The translations under genes and the position numbers were made by a program. The notes under the pieces were generated by a model. The model worked only from the letters and a program-made list of their open reading frames with translations, searched no databases and was not told the DNA's origin. From the NCBI RefSeq assembly GCF_006345805.1, contig NC_043006.1:85622001-85686000 (forward strand): 64,000 bases of DNA. Direction: 5' to 3'. The first letter of the stretch is position 1, and each line of letters starts with the position of its first letter. The stretch is from Octopus sinensis (taxonomy: Eukaryota). Shown piece after piece: positions 1 through 13,037 of this stretch.

Positions 1-331
1 ATCTATTTAAGGAGGCGTATTAAGAAAACCCTTCCTCTCTCTCGCGTTCGCGCTCACGCTGAACAACACTGCAAACTGGCAGCTCACAGCGGATTCTTAA
101 CCCGCTCCAACTTTACCCGTTATCTCCAGAGGTAATGTGCCTCACGTGAACGGAGCTATAACGAACCACGCGCTGCCATACAGATGGTCGCCGGGAGCGA
201 ACCCCCCTGAATGAGAACTAAAATAAATAACCATTGAATTTTATCCACTTGTAAGCTTCTTCTTCGAGTTCCAGATCCCAAGACTACAGAAAATAATTCT
301 TATGGGAGAAGGAGACATTCCGCAGGTATCA
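1..331 (+). mobile_element. Possible 3' part of an LTR (cut by window edge)
   Basis: GC-richer segment with TATA-like TATTTAA near the start, AATAAA at ~222 and a terminal ...GGTATCA before AT-rich DNA; no internal ORF or partner LTR visible. Confidence 0.3.
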
Positions 332-800
332 TGAACCTCTGAGACCCATTATATGTTTTTTAATGACATTTTCTGTAAATACGTTTCAGATGCTTAAAAT
401 TAAGATTATACTGGAATTTGTTTTGAAAAAAAAAATTGGGGTGTGGGGTGATGGTGAATTTTGTTTTCTCATACGTTTCGATGAATTAAATTACAATTAT
501 GTTAAAAAAAAAAATTGAGGACTATTCCATGTTTTCATTTCTGGAATTTAATATTTTTATGAAAATTGAATATTTCTACATTTACAGCATATTAAAGAGC
601 CGCACCAACAAACTCTCATCTGATATTTTGTTTGTTTTGTTTTATCAAATTATGCCGCTATCTTTGGAAAATTTCATTTTATTAAAAAAATATTCATTTC
701 AAACCCTAACCCTAACCCTAAAAGAGAGTGAAATGCAATAGATCATCTCTAGGGTAATAATTATGGGTGACAATTTCGTATGGCACCGCTAGAAAGAAAC

Positions 801-1211
801 GAATCTTTTCGGTTTGAGCGGCAGTTTTAAACATAATTTCTAGGTAACTAAAGAATTTTAAACTTCGTATACTGGTAGAATGTGTTTATAAAACATCTTT
901 TTCTCTTGGCTTTATTGAGAAAATTCTATAGTTTGTAAGATATTTGTTGTTTTTTTTCTTCAATTTCTGCAATTTCAACCAATCAGTGACGTCTATTGAG
1001 GTAAAAAACATTCTGTGCCGTATGAATATGTCCCTCATTTAAGAAACAGATTGGGTTTATTTACATTTGCGAAGAAAAAAAGATACCCTTCCTCCCACTC
1101 CTAACCCTAAAACAGATTGAAATGCAATAGATCGATACTAGGGTCATAATTATGGGTGACAATTTCATATGACACCACTAGAAAAAACTGCCGATCAAAC
1201 CGAAAAGATCT
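801..1211. mobile_element. MITE, same family as 7638-8052 (opposite orientation); partial copy at ~690-800 and another TIR end at ~1560-1577
   Basis: TIRs ATCTTTTCGGTTTGAGCGGCAGTT...AACTGCCGATCAAACCGAAAAGAT; interior is the reverse complement of 7638-8052. Confidence 0.85.
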
Positions 1212-1829
1212 CAGAATTACATTCTTTGGAAATAATATTGTGCAATTTTGAAAAACAAGTTGTGAGATTAGTGATTATTGATTTACATCATATCTTCACG
1301 GGTGGCGAAATAGATTTAGAGATCGCAAAAAGCTATTCACGAATCTCATTTCATGCATCAATGAGTGTCATGTTTTCCCTAAATAAGATTGTTCACATCT
1401 TATCTAAGATATGGACGGTTTTTGTGTTATATTCAATATATGTACGCTTATGTAAGAGCACTACTTTCCTTTGGCGGAACTGTTATCTATCCATGCGTGA
1501 TTTGGTTGGTGTATCCAACTGCTTTACCTCGCAATAGATACACTAGGAAAATCTGGCCTTCAAACCGAAAAGATCCCCCCATTTTATAATATACAGTAAC
1601 AGTGTTACATATTTAATATGCTGCATACACCTTTTTCTGGATTTGTGACCCTATAACAAGTAGCTCGAACTTTTCTTCTGTTCGCTTAGTACACTGTTAT
1701 GCCATATCTCTGAATGCTACACTCTATGCTGGCAAGCAAACCTTGACTTAATGCTATAATCATTTCCTCTTATAATCTGTTAAGCCTTCTGAACGTTGTC
1801 TACTATTTCATTACAAAGTATTATTCTAC

Positions 1830-2056
1830 CGCTGGCAGAAACGTTAGCACTCCGGGCGAAATGCTTTGCGGTATTTCGTCTGCCGTTACGTTCTGAGTTC
1901 AAATTCCTCCGAGGTCGACTTTGCCTTTCATCCTTTCGGGGTTGATTAAATAAGTACCAATTACGCACTAGCGTCGATATAATCGACTTAATCCGTTCGT
2001 CTATCCTTGTTTGTCCTCGCTGTGTTTAGCCCCTTGTGGGTAGTAAAAAGTTAGGT
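1830..2056 (+). mobile_element. SINE family B (GCTGGCAGAAACGTTAGCAC head; GCCCCTTGTGGGTAGTAAAGAAAT tail)
   Basis: B-box-like GAGTTCAAATTCC, central GACTTTGCCTTTCATCCTTTCGGGGT; many dispersed copies in window. Confidence 0.9.
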
Positions 2057-2166
2057 TATTAAAAAATCAGATGTTATTTTAGTACCTCTTCACTAAAAAC
2101 TGGTGACTTTGAGCTAAAGAATTGCAGTCTTCGCTCGCATCTCAACTATAAATCAATAGCCCGACG

Positions 2167-2819
2167 TCAGAATATTTTTTCTTGTTCAAGTGTACCTCTA
2201 GAATTCGTCTTCTTCGCCTCGAACTTGTACCTAACAGAGTATGCATTCTTCTTACAAGGAAATACACGGTATTCTTTCAAATAATATCCTTTTGAAGTAA
2301 TTTTCTCCCACAATGTCGACTGCCAACGTTTTATGCCAGTAAATACGTTAAAGTTTTTTTCCAACATGGCATCCGTCTTCATCTTCCTCACTGGCTTTTC
2401 CCGCGCAATTACCAGTGGATGTGCGCGCCAAATCTCGAGAGTTCTCTATTGCATTCGCCTGTCTCGAATTTTCCACGTGGCCAGACTTCGACAGCCATGC
2501 ACACAAACAGCATTATCATCAACACCGCCTCAGCCTTCGTACCAGACCACGGTGCTAATGTCACCACTGCTATTGGCTTCAACGCTAATTTCGAATCGTT
2601 CCTGCACCATCGTCTATACAGCAACCAATTTTGTAGCCTTATATAGCAAATTTCAGTCACTCTGAGCACTGCACAGATGGATGGCACTTCAAACAGCTTC
2701 CTAATCTGAAATGCGACATTTGGCATGTTTTCTTGTTTTTCTTTCATATTTTTCAGCCTCGTCATGAGTTTTTCTGCTCCAATTTCTTTCTGTTCATTTT
2801 GTTGTATTTTTTCTTGCAT
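2167..2819 (-). pseudogene. Degraded ORF remnant, possibly retroelement ORF1
   Basis: Overlapping ORFs 2409-2819 and 2167-2391 with a charged N-terminus and an ELSRFG motif; frameshifted, no diagnostic motif. Confidence 0.25.
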
Positions 2820-3911
2820 TTTCTAATACTTTCATGTGCATCCATTCTGTGACATGCCTTTTGACGCCGTGAAACGCCTTCTGTTCAGCACCTCACCTTG
2901 CACATTCAGTCTCCGATGCACAGATTTCGCTGGGAAATACTGCACCAGATTCTGCTATCGGTGTTGCTTCACAGTGCTTTCAGCAGTTACACTTGCACAT
3001 TATTATTGTTTTTGCATGCTTCATTCTTCGTGTATTTAATGCATTTATCCTTTAGCTTGTACAAGCGACTCACTGCTCTTGCAGGCTTACACCCTTTCAG
3101 CCTCTGCACACGACCCACTGCTCTTGCAGGAAAATTCTTGGCACTACTTATGTCCTAGCAGCCAACATCTTCTGTAAGCGACCAACTGCTCTTGTAGGTT
3201 AAGTCTTGGCACTGCTTATGTCTCTGCAGCCAACATTGCACTATCATACACCTTGACTTTCGCATTCTGTGATTTCCAGTTTCCTCAACAATTGCTATCA
3301 CGCTTGCACGTCAGGTTTCGCTTGCTCTGTCTCGCGGAGACCACCTTCCCGGGCAGAAAGCTACGAGGAGCTTCCTTTTTGTTGTGTTTACATTCCATTT
3401 TTGTCATTTTTGTTTTTTGTCCTTGTTGATCGCCCTCTGGGTCTGAGCAGGGGTCATGTAAGAGCACTACTTCCCTTCGGCGGAACTGTTATCCATCTAT
3501 GCGTGATTTGGTTAGTGTAGCCAACTGCTTTACCTCGCGCATAGATACACACCTTTCACAAAGTCGTGGAAAAAATTTTAGTGAGTTCCAGCCAAGTCTC
3601 CAAGCCGAGCTCAACTCCACCACGTGGACAACAGCCAATGGAGAAACGTTATGTAACTAAATAATTATTCATGGACTGTTCAAACATTTACCATGTTCGC
3701 ATTTTACAATATACGGTAACAGTAAGTATTACATATTTAATATATTGCATACACCTTTTTCTGAATTTGTGACCCTATAACGAGTAGCTCGAACTTTTTT
3801 TTTCTGTCTCTGAATGCTACACCCTGTATGCTGGCAAGCAAACCTTGACTTAATACTATCACCACTTCCTCCTATAATAAATTAATATTGCTCTGTTAAA
3901 CCCTCTGAACG

Positions 3912-4116
3912 CTCTTTTACTCTTTTACTTGTTTCAGTCAGTTGACTGCGGCCATGCTGGAGCACCGCCTTTAGTCGAGCAACTCGACCCCGGGACTTAT
4001 TCTTTGTAAGCCCAGTACTTATTCTATCGGTCTTTTTGCCGAACCGCTAAGTGACGGGGACATAAACACACCAGCATCGGTTGTCAAGCAATGCTAGGGG
4101 GACAAACACAGACACA

Positions 4117-4168
<52 letters not shown>

Positions 4169-4331
4169 CGACAGGCTTCTTTCAGTTTCCGTTTACCAAA
4201 TCCACTCACAAGGCTTTGGTTGGCCCGAGGCTATAGTAGAAGACACTTGCCCAAGGTGCCACGCAGTGGGACTGAACCCGGAACCATGTGGTTGGTAAAC
4301 AAGCTACTTACCACACAGCCACTCCTGCGCC
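3912..4331 (-). mobile_element. SINE family A (tRNA-derived), full length
   Basis: Reverse complement of GGCGCAGGAGTGGCTGTGTGG (A box)...GGTTCAGTCCC (B box)...(CA/TA)n linker...GAAACAAGTAAAAGAG tail. Confidence 0.95.
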
Positions 4332-5079
4332 TATTATTTCATTACAAAATAATATACTACTGCTGTTATAACAAAGTCAGATGTTACTTTAGTGCCTCTT
4401 CACTAAACTTATATAGTGGAAGCATCGGTTATGTCGCATTGCTTACATGAAATTAGATGTCACTGTCGTCACTTCCGATTTCTGTTACACTATACTTTAA
4501 TTTTTAAGGATATTTTATTTTCACTTTTTTTTATTTTTACGATAGTACGCTACATGTTAACCACTGAAAGTAACAGCTGCTCGGACAGACACTCAGGGCT
4601 TAGGGGCATTACGTCATGTGTTCGTGATGTTCGAAGAAATACTAAGCGGAAAATATGAAAATAGCGAGGAAGAACTTTACATTTTATAAATTGTATTAAA
4701 CGCTTTATTGCTACCCTCACAGCTTTTACTCTTTGCCTTAAAATTTACGAAGGATACGTGTAAAGTACAGAAATTGAACCTTCTCAAGGTACCAGCAATC
4801 CTAATAATAACGTTTTTGGCGTTCAATTAATTGCGGAGTTCAAGGCGCACAGTTCTAGACATTTGCGCAGACAAATTCAGTGTCCTCAGATCCATTCTGA
4901 ACATTCACACAACGTCTCATAAGTAACTTTTACAGACAACTTTTCTCTCATTCGATGATTATAAATATTCGTTGTAAATAGCCAACACCTAATATCTTTA
5001 TGTCCGGCAATAAATACTCTGTAAAATGATTGTGAGTTTTCTTCAGTTCTTCACGCAGCCAACGAAATACATCTTCACT

Positions 5080-5224
5080 ATTAGCGGTTCGGCAAAAGAG
5101 AACGATAGAATAAGTACTAGGCTTCCAAAAAATAAGTCGATTTGCTCGACTAAAAGGCGGTGCTCCAGCATGGCCACGGTCAAATGACTGGAACAAGTAA
5201 AAGAGTAAAAAGAGTAAAAGAGTA
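5080..5224 (+). mobile_element. SINE family A, 3' fragment
   Basis: TTAGCGGTTCGGCAAAAGAG...GTAAAAGAG tail. Confidence 0.85.
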
Positions 5225-5329
5225 TTCATTCCGTAAAGCATGAAGAAAATCGCAATTTGGCAAAAGATCTAGGGTTGTGATTTGATTTTTCTGCTGATGA
5301 TATCGCTTACTGGATCCCTTGTGGACCCA

Positions 5330-6561
5330 GTAACTGTCAACACCACAATGGGCCATTTGATAAGTCTTATCGTCACCTTACTAGCGGGAAACCAGTAAAG
5401 TATTATTGGCACAAAAGCCAATGGTGAGAAATACGGAAGAGTGGTTACTGCATTCACTATCAACAGGATCAGTTAATGGTTGTGTTTGTATATTGTCTGC
5501 TCCTAAATATTCTTCGAATTTTATTATGAGGGAAGGGTTCTGTGACTGGTGAAATACAATTGTAATTGATAATCATGAGAAAAGCATTACTCATCGAGGC
5601 TCTTTGCTTACTTATTTAACTCACAGACAAGGTGTGGGGTTGAAGTCACAGTTGGAGAAGCAAATCAAAGTAAAATGTGATTATTGGGAACATGTCTTGA
5701 GGCGTGTCATAACTATGATTTGTACGTTAGCTGATCGTGACTTGACTATTCGAGGAACAGACGAAAGGTTTGGATCGTTGCTTGAACTCCTAATATAATT
5801 TGATCCATTATTGGCAGGCCACATATCAAAATATAGAAATTCTGGCAAAGGAAACATTTCTTACCTTTCAAAAACTATCTGCGAAAAAGGGTCATGCGCT
5901 CGTTGTTGACGAAGTTAAATCTTAGGTCATTTCAGTGTGTGTGTTTGTGTTTATTCAACACCAGATCTATCGCAAATCGATCAATTAAGTATTATACTTC
6001 GGTACTTAAAAGATGGACAGCCTACAGAAGGCTTTTTAACCTTTCTGGATCTAGAAAGCCACACCAGCGAGAAAACGGTCAACCGGTTACTGCAATATAT
6101 ATACGTGAAACTTGTAAACCAAATTTTTCGAAATGTAGAGGTCAGTCTATGATAATGCGGCTAACATGTCTGGACGTTATAAAAGGATGCAGCAGAAAAT
6201 TTTAGAAACAAACAAGTTTGCTACATATGTTCCCTGTGCAGCTCATTCGCTAAATCTGGTCGGCCAAAGTGCTGTTGACTGTTGTGAAGAGGCTGTTAAT
6301 TTCTTCACTACAGTACAGTTAATCTATACCTTTATTTTCAGCCTCAACCTACTGGTGGAAGATTCTTAAAGATCGTATTAAAAATGAAAGTGTTCTAAAA
6401 TCCCTCTCTGATACACATGCTATGGCCACAGCAGCGATTTTGAAATCTTTCCTTGAGATTTTGGATGCATTAGAATATATAGCTGAAGATCATAACAATT
6501 GTATGGGGGGGGGTCAAATTTTTAAGTGCTTAGGGACTCTAAGAATCTTAATCCGGCCATG
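5330..6561 (+). pseudogene. hAT-superfamily (ZMYM1/DUF4371-type) transposase remnant with right terminus
   Basis: Frameshifted peptides STPDLSQIDQLSIILRY, DNAANMSG, YVPCAAHSLNLV (hAT CxxH motif); terminus TTAATCCGGCCATG resembles a hAT TIR. Confidence 0.85.
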
Positions 6562-6765
6562 ACCTTATATACTAATGTAGTAATAAACGATGTATATAGA
6601 CTTACAACAATCATTTCTTCATGCTCACGCTACGATGATTCGCGGTACGAGAGTGTTCGAAGAACCTGTAGAGAAATATTGAAATTTGAAAACGTGGTCA
6701 TAGTAAGAAGGATGAGGTGTTTGCAGTGCTTGTCGCATCCTTATTCTGAATATTCTTTTCTATTC

Positions 6766-6962
6766 TAGGCACAAGGCCTGAAACTTTTGGGGAGGTGGCC
6801 AGTCGATTAGATCGACTCCAGTACGCAACTGGTACTTAATTTATCAACCCCGAAAGGATGAAAGGCAAAGTCGACCTTGGCGGAATTTGAACTCAGAACA
6901 TAAAGACAGACGAAATACCGCTAAGCATTTCGCCCAGTGTGCTAACGTTTCTGCCAGCTCGC
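6766..6962 (-). mobile_element. SINE family B variant
   Basis: Reverse complement of family B head and core. Confidence 0.85.
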
Positions 6963-7074
6963 TTATTCTGAATAGTATTATGCTTGGCGTGAGCTTGTAT
7001 ATTTGCGGTCACCATGGTAGCGCTTGTGGGTTTCTGTGTGTTTGTTGAAGATCATCGACCACATTACTTGGTTT

Positions 7075-7460
7075 TTAAAGCCTGGTACTTATTCTGTTGG
7101 GATAATTTAGCCGAAATGCTAGATTATGGGGACGGAAACAAACCAGCAACCGTTGTCAAGCGTTGCCTTTCATCCTTTCGGGGTCGATAAATTAATCGAC
7201 TTAATCCGTTTGTCTGTCCTTGTTTGTCCCCTCTGTGTTTAGCCCCTTGTGGGTAGTAAAGAAATAGGTGTAGTAGGTGCGGGCACACACATACACACAG
7301 AGAGGACACTAGCGTGTTTCAGTTTCCTCCTATCAAATCCACTCGCGAGACTTTCAACGGCTCGGGGCTATATTTGGAAACACTTAACCAAGAAGCCTCG
7401 CATTGAGACTGAATCTAGAACCATATGGCTGGAAAGCATATTTCTTACTTTGCAGCCACA
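7075..7460 (-). mobile_element. Degenerate SINE A with a SINE B 3' fragment (+, ~7163-7270) inserted
   Basis: SINE A motifs on both sides of TTGCCTTTCATCC...GGGTAGTAAAGAAATAGGT. Confidence 0.7.
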
Positions 7461-7637
7461 TTTATTTATTTATTTTATATCCCGAAAGGATGTAAGACCA
7501 AGTTGACCTCGGCGAGAGCAATCTCGGAACAGACACCCCGAAACATTAGCTCAAACTCTAACAACTCTGATTCCAATTTATCGTCTTGTTATAAAGTAGA
7601 TATGTGATTATGACAGAGATTTTAGATTCCATATCTG

Positions 7638-8052
7638 GGATCTTTTCGGTTTGAACGGCAGTTTTTTCTAGCGGTGTCATATGAAATTGTCACCCATAAT
7701 TATGACCCTAGTATCGATCTATTGCATTTCAATCTGTTTTAGGGTTAGGGGTGGGGGGAAGGGTATCTTTTTTTCTTCACAAATGTAAATAAACCCAATC
7801 TGTTTCTTAAACGAGGGACATTTTCATACGGCACAGAATGTTTTTTTTATCTCAATAGACGTCACTGATTGGTTGAAATTGCAGAAATTGAAGAAAAAAA
7901 ACAACAAATATCTTACAAACTATAGAATTTTTTCAATAAAGCCAAGAGAAAAAAGATGTTTTATAAACACATTCTACCAGTTATACGAAGTTTAAAATTT
8001 TTTAGTTACCTAGAAATTATGTTAGAAACTGCCGTTCAAACCGAAAAGATCC
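7638..8052. mobile_element. Non-autonomous DNA transposon (MITE), Merlin-like termini
   Basis: Perfect ~26-bp TIR GGATCTTTTCGGTTTGAACGGCAGTT; 8-bp direct repeat CATATCTG at 7630-7637 and 8053-8060. Confidence 0.9.
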
Positions 8053-8794
8053 CATATCTGTAAGATCATGTTCGATCTATGATAACACAACATAAACAGT
8101 ACATTAATTTAAAAACACGTTTGTTTCAAAGCTATTTTAGGCCATCACCAAAATAGATTTGTGAAACATATTTACAAAATAGTTTGAGTTGCCTCCCTGG
8201 AACTTTAAATTTATATTCAAGAGTATTCTCCCCTGCATTATAAATATCGTGTTAACATCATGATACAAGGGTGAGATGCTGGCTTCAGAACAAATCGACG
8301 GCAAACATTAGGAAATATAATCAGAAACAAAGATAGCAAAATGCAATTAATACGAACGATAATTCAGTTTTCGAAATAAATGTTGCTAAAATGTATTTTA
8401 ATGCTTTTCGACTATAAATTACGTAATTAAATATAAAATAAACTCTTGAAGAATAATATTGTTTAATTGAATATCGTAGGGATTCGATAAGGTTGTTTTT
8501 CCCAATTATGCACAGGATATCTTGTTTCATTGTTTATATAATAAAAAAATTGGTGAAACTAGATCAAGCAATTATCTCTGACTAAACGTTTCATACTGTT
8601 GCATATTTAATACTTACAAACACTAAATACATTGTATATATCTGTTGTCTTTTACTTGTTTCAGGAATTTGACAGCGGCCATGCTGGGGCATTGACTTGA
8701 AGGGTTTCGTCCAGTGGTTCCCAGCCTGGGGTCCGTGGAGCCCTGGTGGTCAGCAAAGGCAGAACTTTGTGTTCATGAGCTAAAGTCCAAATTT

Positions 8795-8867
<73 letters not shown>

Positions 8868-8924
8868 TTTTATATGCTTCAGCCTAATGACTGTGGCCAT
8901 GCTGGAGCATCGCCATTGTGATCA

Positions 8925-9870
8925 TCTTTCCACTTTCCACCTTCGTCAGAGGGGCTTTTAGTGAAGGATGGAGTTCGATGTTACTGCTCTCTTTTGAGTT
9001 TTTTGCTTAGACATTGGCTCATACGGGATCTCGGCGAGCCAGAGGTCAAGTTCATGTTTGAAAACGTCTACATCCACTCCATGGAGGCTCCTCAGATGCT
9101 TCAGCAGACAGTTAAACAGCTGTGGGCCCTTGAAACCCAAGCTAATGCAGTACATCGTCCTTGCCCCAGATGAAGCAGTCAGCACAGTGGGGACAGCACA
9201 GTGGCGTCCTGTTCGTGGTCTGGTATAGCTCTTTATTCCAAAGTTTGGTACCAGTCCTTCCAGTATCTTCCATATATATATATATATCACTGCATACTTC
9301 TCCCGCTTTCGTTCCAGGAAATAGTCGTAGCTCTGTCAATCTGTCAATCTGTCCCAGTAGCTCAGTCATTCCATTGATGCAATTTTCTTTGTGTAATGTC
9401 GTTGGACTGCTTCAAGCTCTGCTATCGTCTTTGTAGTATAAGGTGACCATAACTGAGAGCAGTCGTCCAGTTGGCTGCGGATAAATGACTTCCATAGTGT
9501 CATCATAGTTTCTTGGTCCCTTGTCCGGAAGGTTCTCAGAATCCAAGCAGCTAGTCTTCTGGATATTGCTACCATTTTGTTGATATGTGTGTGAAATGAG
9601 GCATTGTTGCTCATTTCTATTCCAAGATTACACACCGTATTTGATTCTGGGATTGTTGATCTAGTTGGTCCAACATACTGATGTCATGATTCCTGAGCAG
9701 TGCCTAACTGGTTGCGGAGGGCTTGGAATTTACTTGCATTAAATTGCATGTTGTTATCTTCAGCCCATGTATAGATGGCATCTAGATCTTTCTGTAAGAG
9801 GATAGCATCAGCGGTTTCCTTGACTGACTGTGCGACTTTTGTGTCATCGGCATAGCTGGTAAGCATGGCT
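8925..9870 (-). pseudogene. 5'-truncated CR1-group LINE, RT C-terminal region
   Basis: YADDTKV, LQKDLDAIYTWAEDNNMQFNASKF, LEAVQRHYTK peptides with frameshifts. Confidence 0.9.
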
Positions 9871-9885
9871 GCCTCTCATATGTAT

Positions 9886-10800
9886 AATTTAATTTGATTT
9901 AATTTAATTTTTTTGGCTCAAAAAGTAAAAGCAAGGCCATGTAATTATGTACATGGAGGGTGTTCATACACAGAGTTCAGGCCATTTCTGGTCAAGAGAG
10001 ACTTTGAACCAAGCATTCATCGGCATCTTCACTATCTCGTCCGGTAGCTTATTCCACGGATCCGCAACCCGGACAGAGAAAGCCCCGCTCCTTCGATTGA
10101 GATGAAATCGTCATAGATAGAGCTTTTCGGAGTGACCCTGCAGCCCACGCTCTGAAGCAGGAGTGAAGAACAGCTCTTTCGAGAGGTTACACATTCTGCT
10201 TATGATGTTGTGAGTGAGAATGAGATCACCACGGCGGCGGCGTTTTTCTAGAGAATAAAGGTCAAGCGTCTTCAGCCTTTCTTCATAAGACAAATGCTTG
10301 AGACCAAGAACCATGCAGGTAGCCAGCTTCTGGACTCTTTCAAGATGATGTATGTCTCTGATGAGATAAGGAGAAGAGGCTTGAATCCCGTACTCCAATA
10401 CGGGTCTCACCAGCGTGACATAGGGCGGTAGGAATATGGCTGCTGTGAGCTTTCTGAATGACTGTCGAATCAAAAACAGAACTCCGCGTGCTTTGTTGGC
10501 AACATGGACGCATTGAGCCGGAGACGAAAAGGAAGAATCCACCAAGATACCCAGGTCCTTTACTTGGTCGGTCTTCTCCAGCAGCAGATGACCCAGCTCG
10601 AAATCAAGTTGAGTTGCAGGAGAGGAGCCAACAGGCAGATGACAGTACTTTGACATGTTCAGACACCAGTCCCATTCGTTTGACTGTCTCCAAACTTGAT
10701 GGAGGCATCGACGAAGATCCTCTATATCACTGCGAAGAGCGACCAGTTTGACATCATCGGCAAATAGAAAGGTGTGTTGCGTGAGGTTGTCGGGCAAGTC
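9886..10800 (-). pseudogene. 5'-truncated CR1-group LINE (second family), RT C-terminus + 3' UTR
   Basis: ORF 10111-10797: FADDVKL, LVRPVLEYG, LSYEERLKTLDLYSLEKRRRRGDLI; simple-repeat tail at ~9886-9910. Confidence 0.92.
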
Positions 10801-10849
10801 ATATATATATATATACGTATATATTATATATATATATATAACTGAAGTT

Positions 10850-11454
10850 AAATGCAGGTGTTATTCAAATCTTTTTACTTCTGACATATGCTTCGAAGAA
10901 AACATTGATATTATTCAAGAAGGAATAAAATGATGTAAAACAATGCAATCTTCTCATCGGGGAAAGAAAAAAATCAAATACATCAATAAGACATTTTAAC
11001 AGAATGTGACGACTGAGTATATGATGAAGGGAACAGTAGCAAGTTTTTAAAATAAAAATGGTAGTAGATATAATGTCAAAGGTAGTTTATAGCAAGAGGA
11101 GGAGAAAGAAAGAAATTAGCAGAAAACTAATAGTGGAGAGATACAGAGCGATAGGTGAATAGGAATAAAGCTTAAAAGCTTGAAAGTTCATATATTTAGT
11201 GGAAGGGAAATGTAAGAAGAAAGTTAAAGGTTGACTTTTATAGAATGGTAGAAATCACTTATAGGAACTAAAGGTATGTTTTTGCCAATGTTTGCAACGA
11301 TAAACACGTTCTATAAATCTATTTTCAAGAGGATTCTCTGAGAACATATGAAATACATTTCATCGTTACAAAGCAGACAAAAAGATTTACCTTTATCATA
11401 TGGAAATGATATAGATAGAATATTCCATTCCAAATCAAATTGTTTATTATGATC

Positions 11455-11460
<6 letters not shown>
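10850..11460 (-). pseudogene. Penelope-like element 3' remnant (end of GIY-YIG endonuclease + 3' region)
   Basis: Peptide FDLEWNILS...FCLLCNDEMYFI typical of the PLE endonuclease C-terminus; bounded by (TA)n on both sides. Confidence 0.6.
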
Positions 11461-11512
<52 letters not shown>

Positions 11513-12041
11513 ATAAGCATATTAAAAGAGGTCTGAGAAAACTCATTTAAATAAAAGGGTGGGGAATATCTGTGAAAAGCTTGGGAACCACTGGTCAAAC
11601 AAATTGACACTAGAGTCTTTTTTTTCTAATCTGGTACTTATCAGTCTCTTTTTACCGAACTGCTAACATAAAAACAAATTATTCTTTTGAAGCAATGGAA
11701 GGCAGATTTGGTATTTTTAGCTGATGATGCATAAAGTGCAGAAATGTATGCATCCTATAATCCAATAATATCATTCATAGCCCATTGTTTTTTTACATGT
11801 CATCTAAGATGAGATTATTTCTGCAGTGGAACTTGAGCACATTAAATATAACTACACAAATATAGCAAATACACACACACACACACACACACGTAAACAT
11901 GTATACTCATATATACATGCTGCTGGTTTGTATGCATACATACACACGCCATACATACATGCACAATTTTTTTTTCTGCCGGGAAAATTCTTTAGTAAAC
12001 AGCTAATTTTATATCATACCTCATATGTGCAAAACTTGATC

Positions 12042-12230
12042 ATCATCAGTTAATGTCCATGCCAGCATGGGTTAGACTATTTGACTGGATCCACTGAGCC
12101 AGAGTTCTGCTTTGAGCTCCAGTGTCTGCTTTGATATGGTTTCTAAGGATGGATGCCCTTCTTAGTGCAATCCACTTTACACAGTGCACTGTGTGCTTCT
12201 TCTGTGAAAACAGCACTTGTGAGATCATCA
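12042..12230 (-). mobile_element. RTE-type LINE 3' end fragment (family C)
   Basis: (CAT)n tail + TGTCCATGCCAGCATGGG...GGATGCCCTTC. Confidence 0.65.
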
Positions 12231-12541
12231 AGTAACTTAAATGACAAAGAAAAAGACCATTCAACCACAGAATAAGAGAGGGAGGAAGGCATTTTGCCAG
12301 GTATGGAGAGGCTAAAGTATGATAGAAAAGCAGGTACAGATGTCTTGCTACAGAGAAGAGTGGGTGGGGGTAACTGGAAAGAAGACAATGATGGGGGTGA
12401 TGAGGTGTCAGATACAAGGAGGAAAGTACAGAAAAGGATACAAAGAATCAGGAAGAGTAGATGGATAAGTTCATTAGAATAGGGTCAGAGAGTGACAGAT
12501 GGTTAGAGATGGTTGTAGAGGTGATGGTTTGGTTGATGGTA

Positions 12542-12768
12542 AAGGCGGCGAGCTGGCAGAAACGTTAGCACGTCGGGTGAAATGCTTAGCGGCATTTCGT
12601 CTGCCGTTACGTTGTGAGTTCAAATTCTGCCAAGGTCGACTTTGCCTTTCATCCTTTCGAGGTCGATAAATTAAGCACTGGGGTCAATATAATCGACTTA
12701 ATCCGTTTGTCTGTCCTTGTTTGTCCTCTTTGTGTTTAGCCCCTTGTGGGTAGTAAAGAAATAGGTAT
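12542..12768 (+). mobile_element. SINE family B, near full length
   Basis: AAGGCGGCGAGCTGGCAGAAAC...GCCCCTTGTGGGTAGTAAAGAAATAGGT. Confidence 0.92.
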
Positions 12769-13037
12769 GGTTGATGGTAAATATCAGTATGGAAGGGGAA
12801 AGGTGAAATAATAGGAATGGCTAAGGAAGGAGCTGATAAGTGGCAGCATCATAAACTCTAACAAGGGCCTCATTTGAGGCTGTCAATAGATGTTGAAGCT
12901 GAAATATCTTCTGGATCTAAAGAGAAGAGGTAGTCTATGAGATGTGGTCCTATCTATGCTGAGGATGTACTTTTATCAGGAGCGACCCTTATTGTCAGTG
13001 AGACCCAAAATTTGGAGTGACTGTAAGGCTCTAGCTG

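Larger units (their letters stand above)
8712..11593. mobile_element. hAT/Charlie-like MITE split by nested retroelements, itself inside a SINE A tail (8648-8711 + 11594-11670)
   Basis: Termini CAGTGGTTCCCAGCCT...AGCTTGGGAACCACTG; SINE A sequence resumes after 11593. Confidence 0.75.

Noticed and set aside
701-720. Telomeric (TAACCC)n
   Set aside because: Only about three units, internal to a MITE fragment; not an interstitial telomere.
3912-4331. tRNA genes
   Set aside because: tRNA-like A/B boxes are SINE heads continuing into SINE bodies; no complete cloverleaf.
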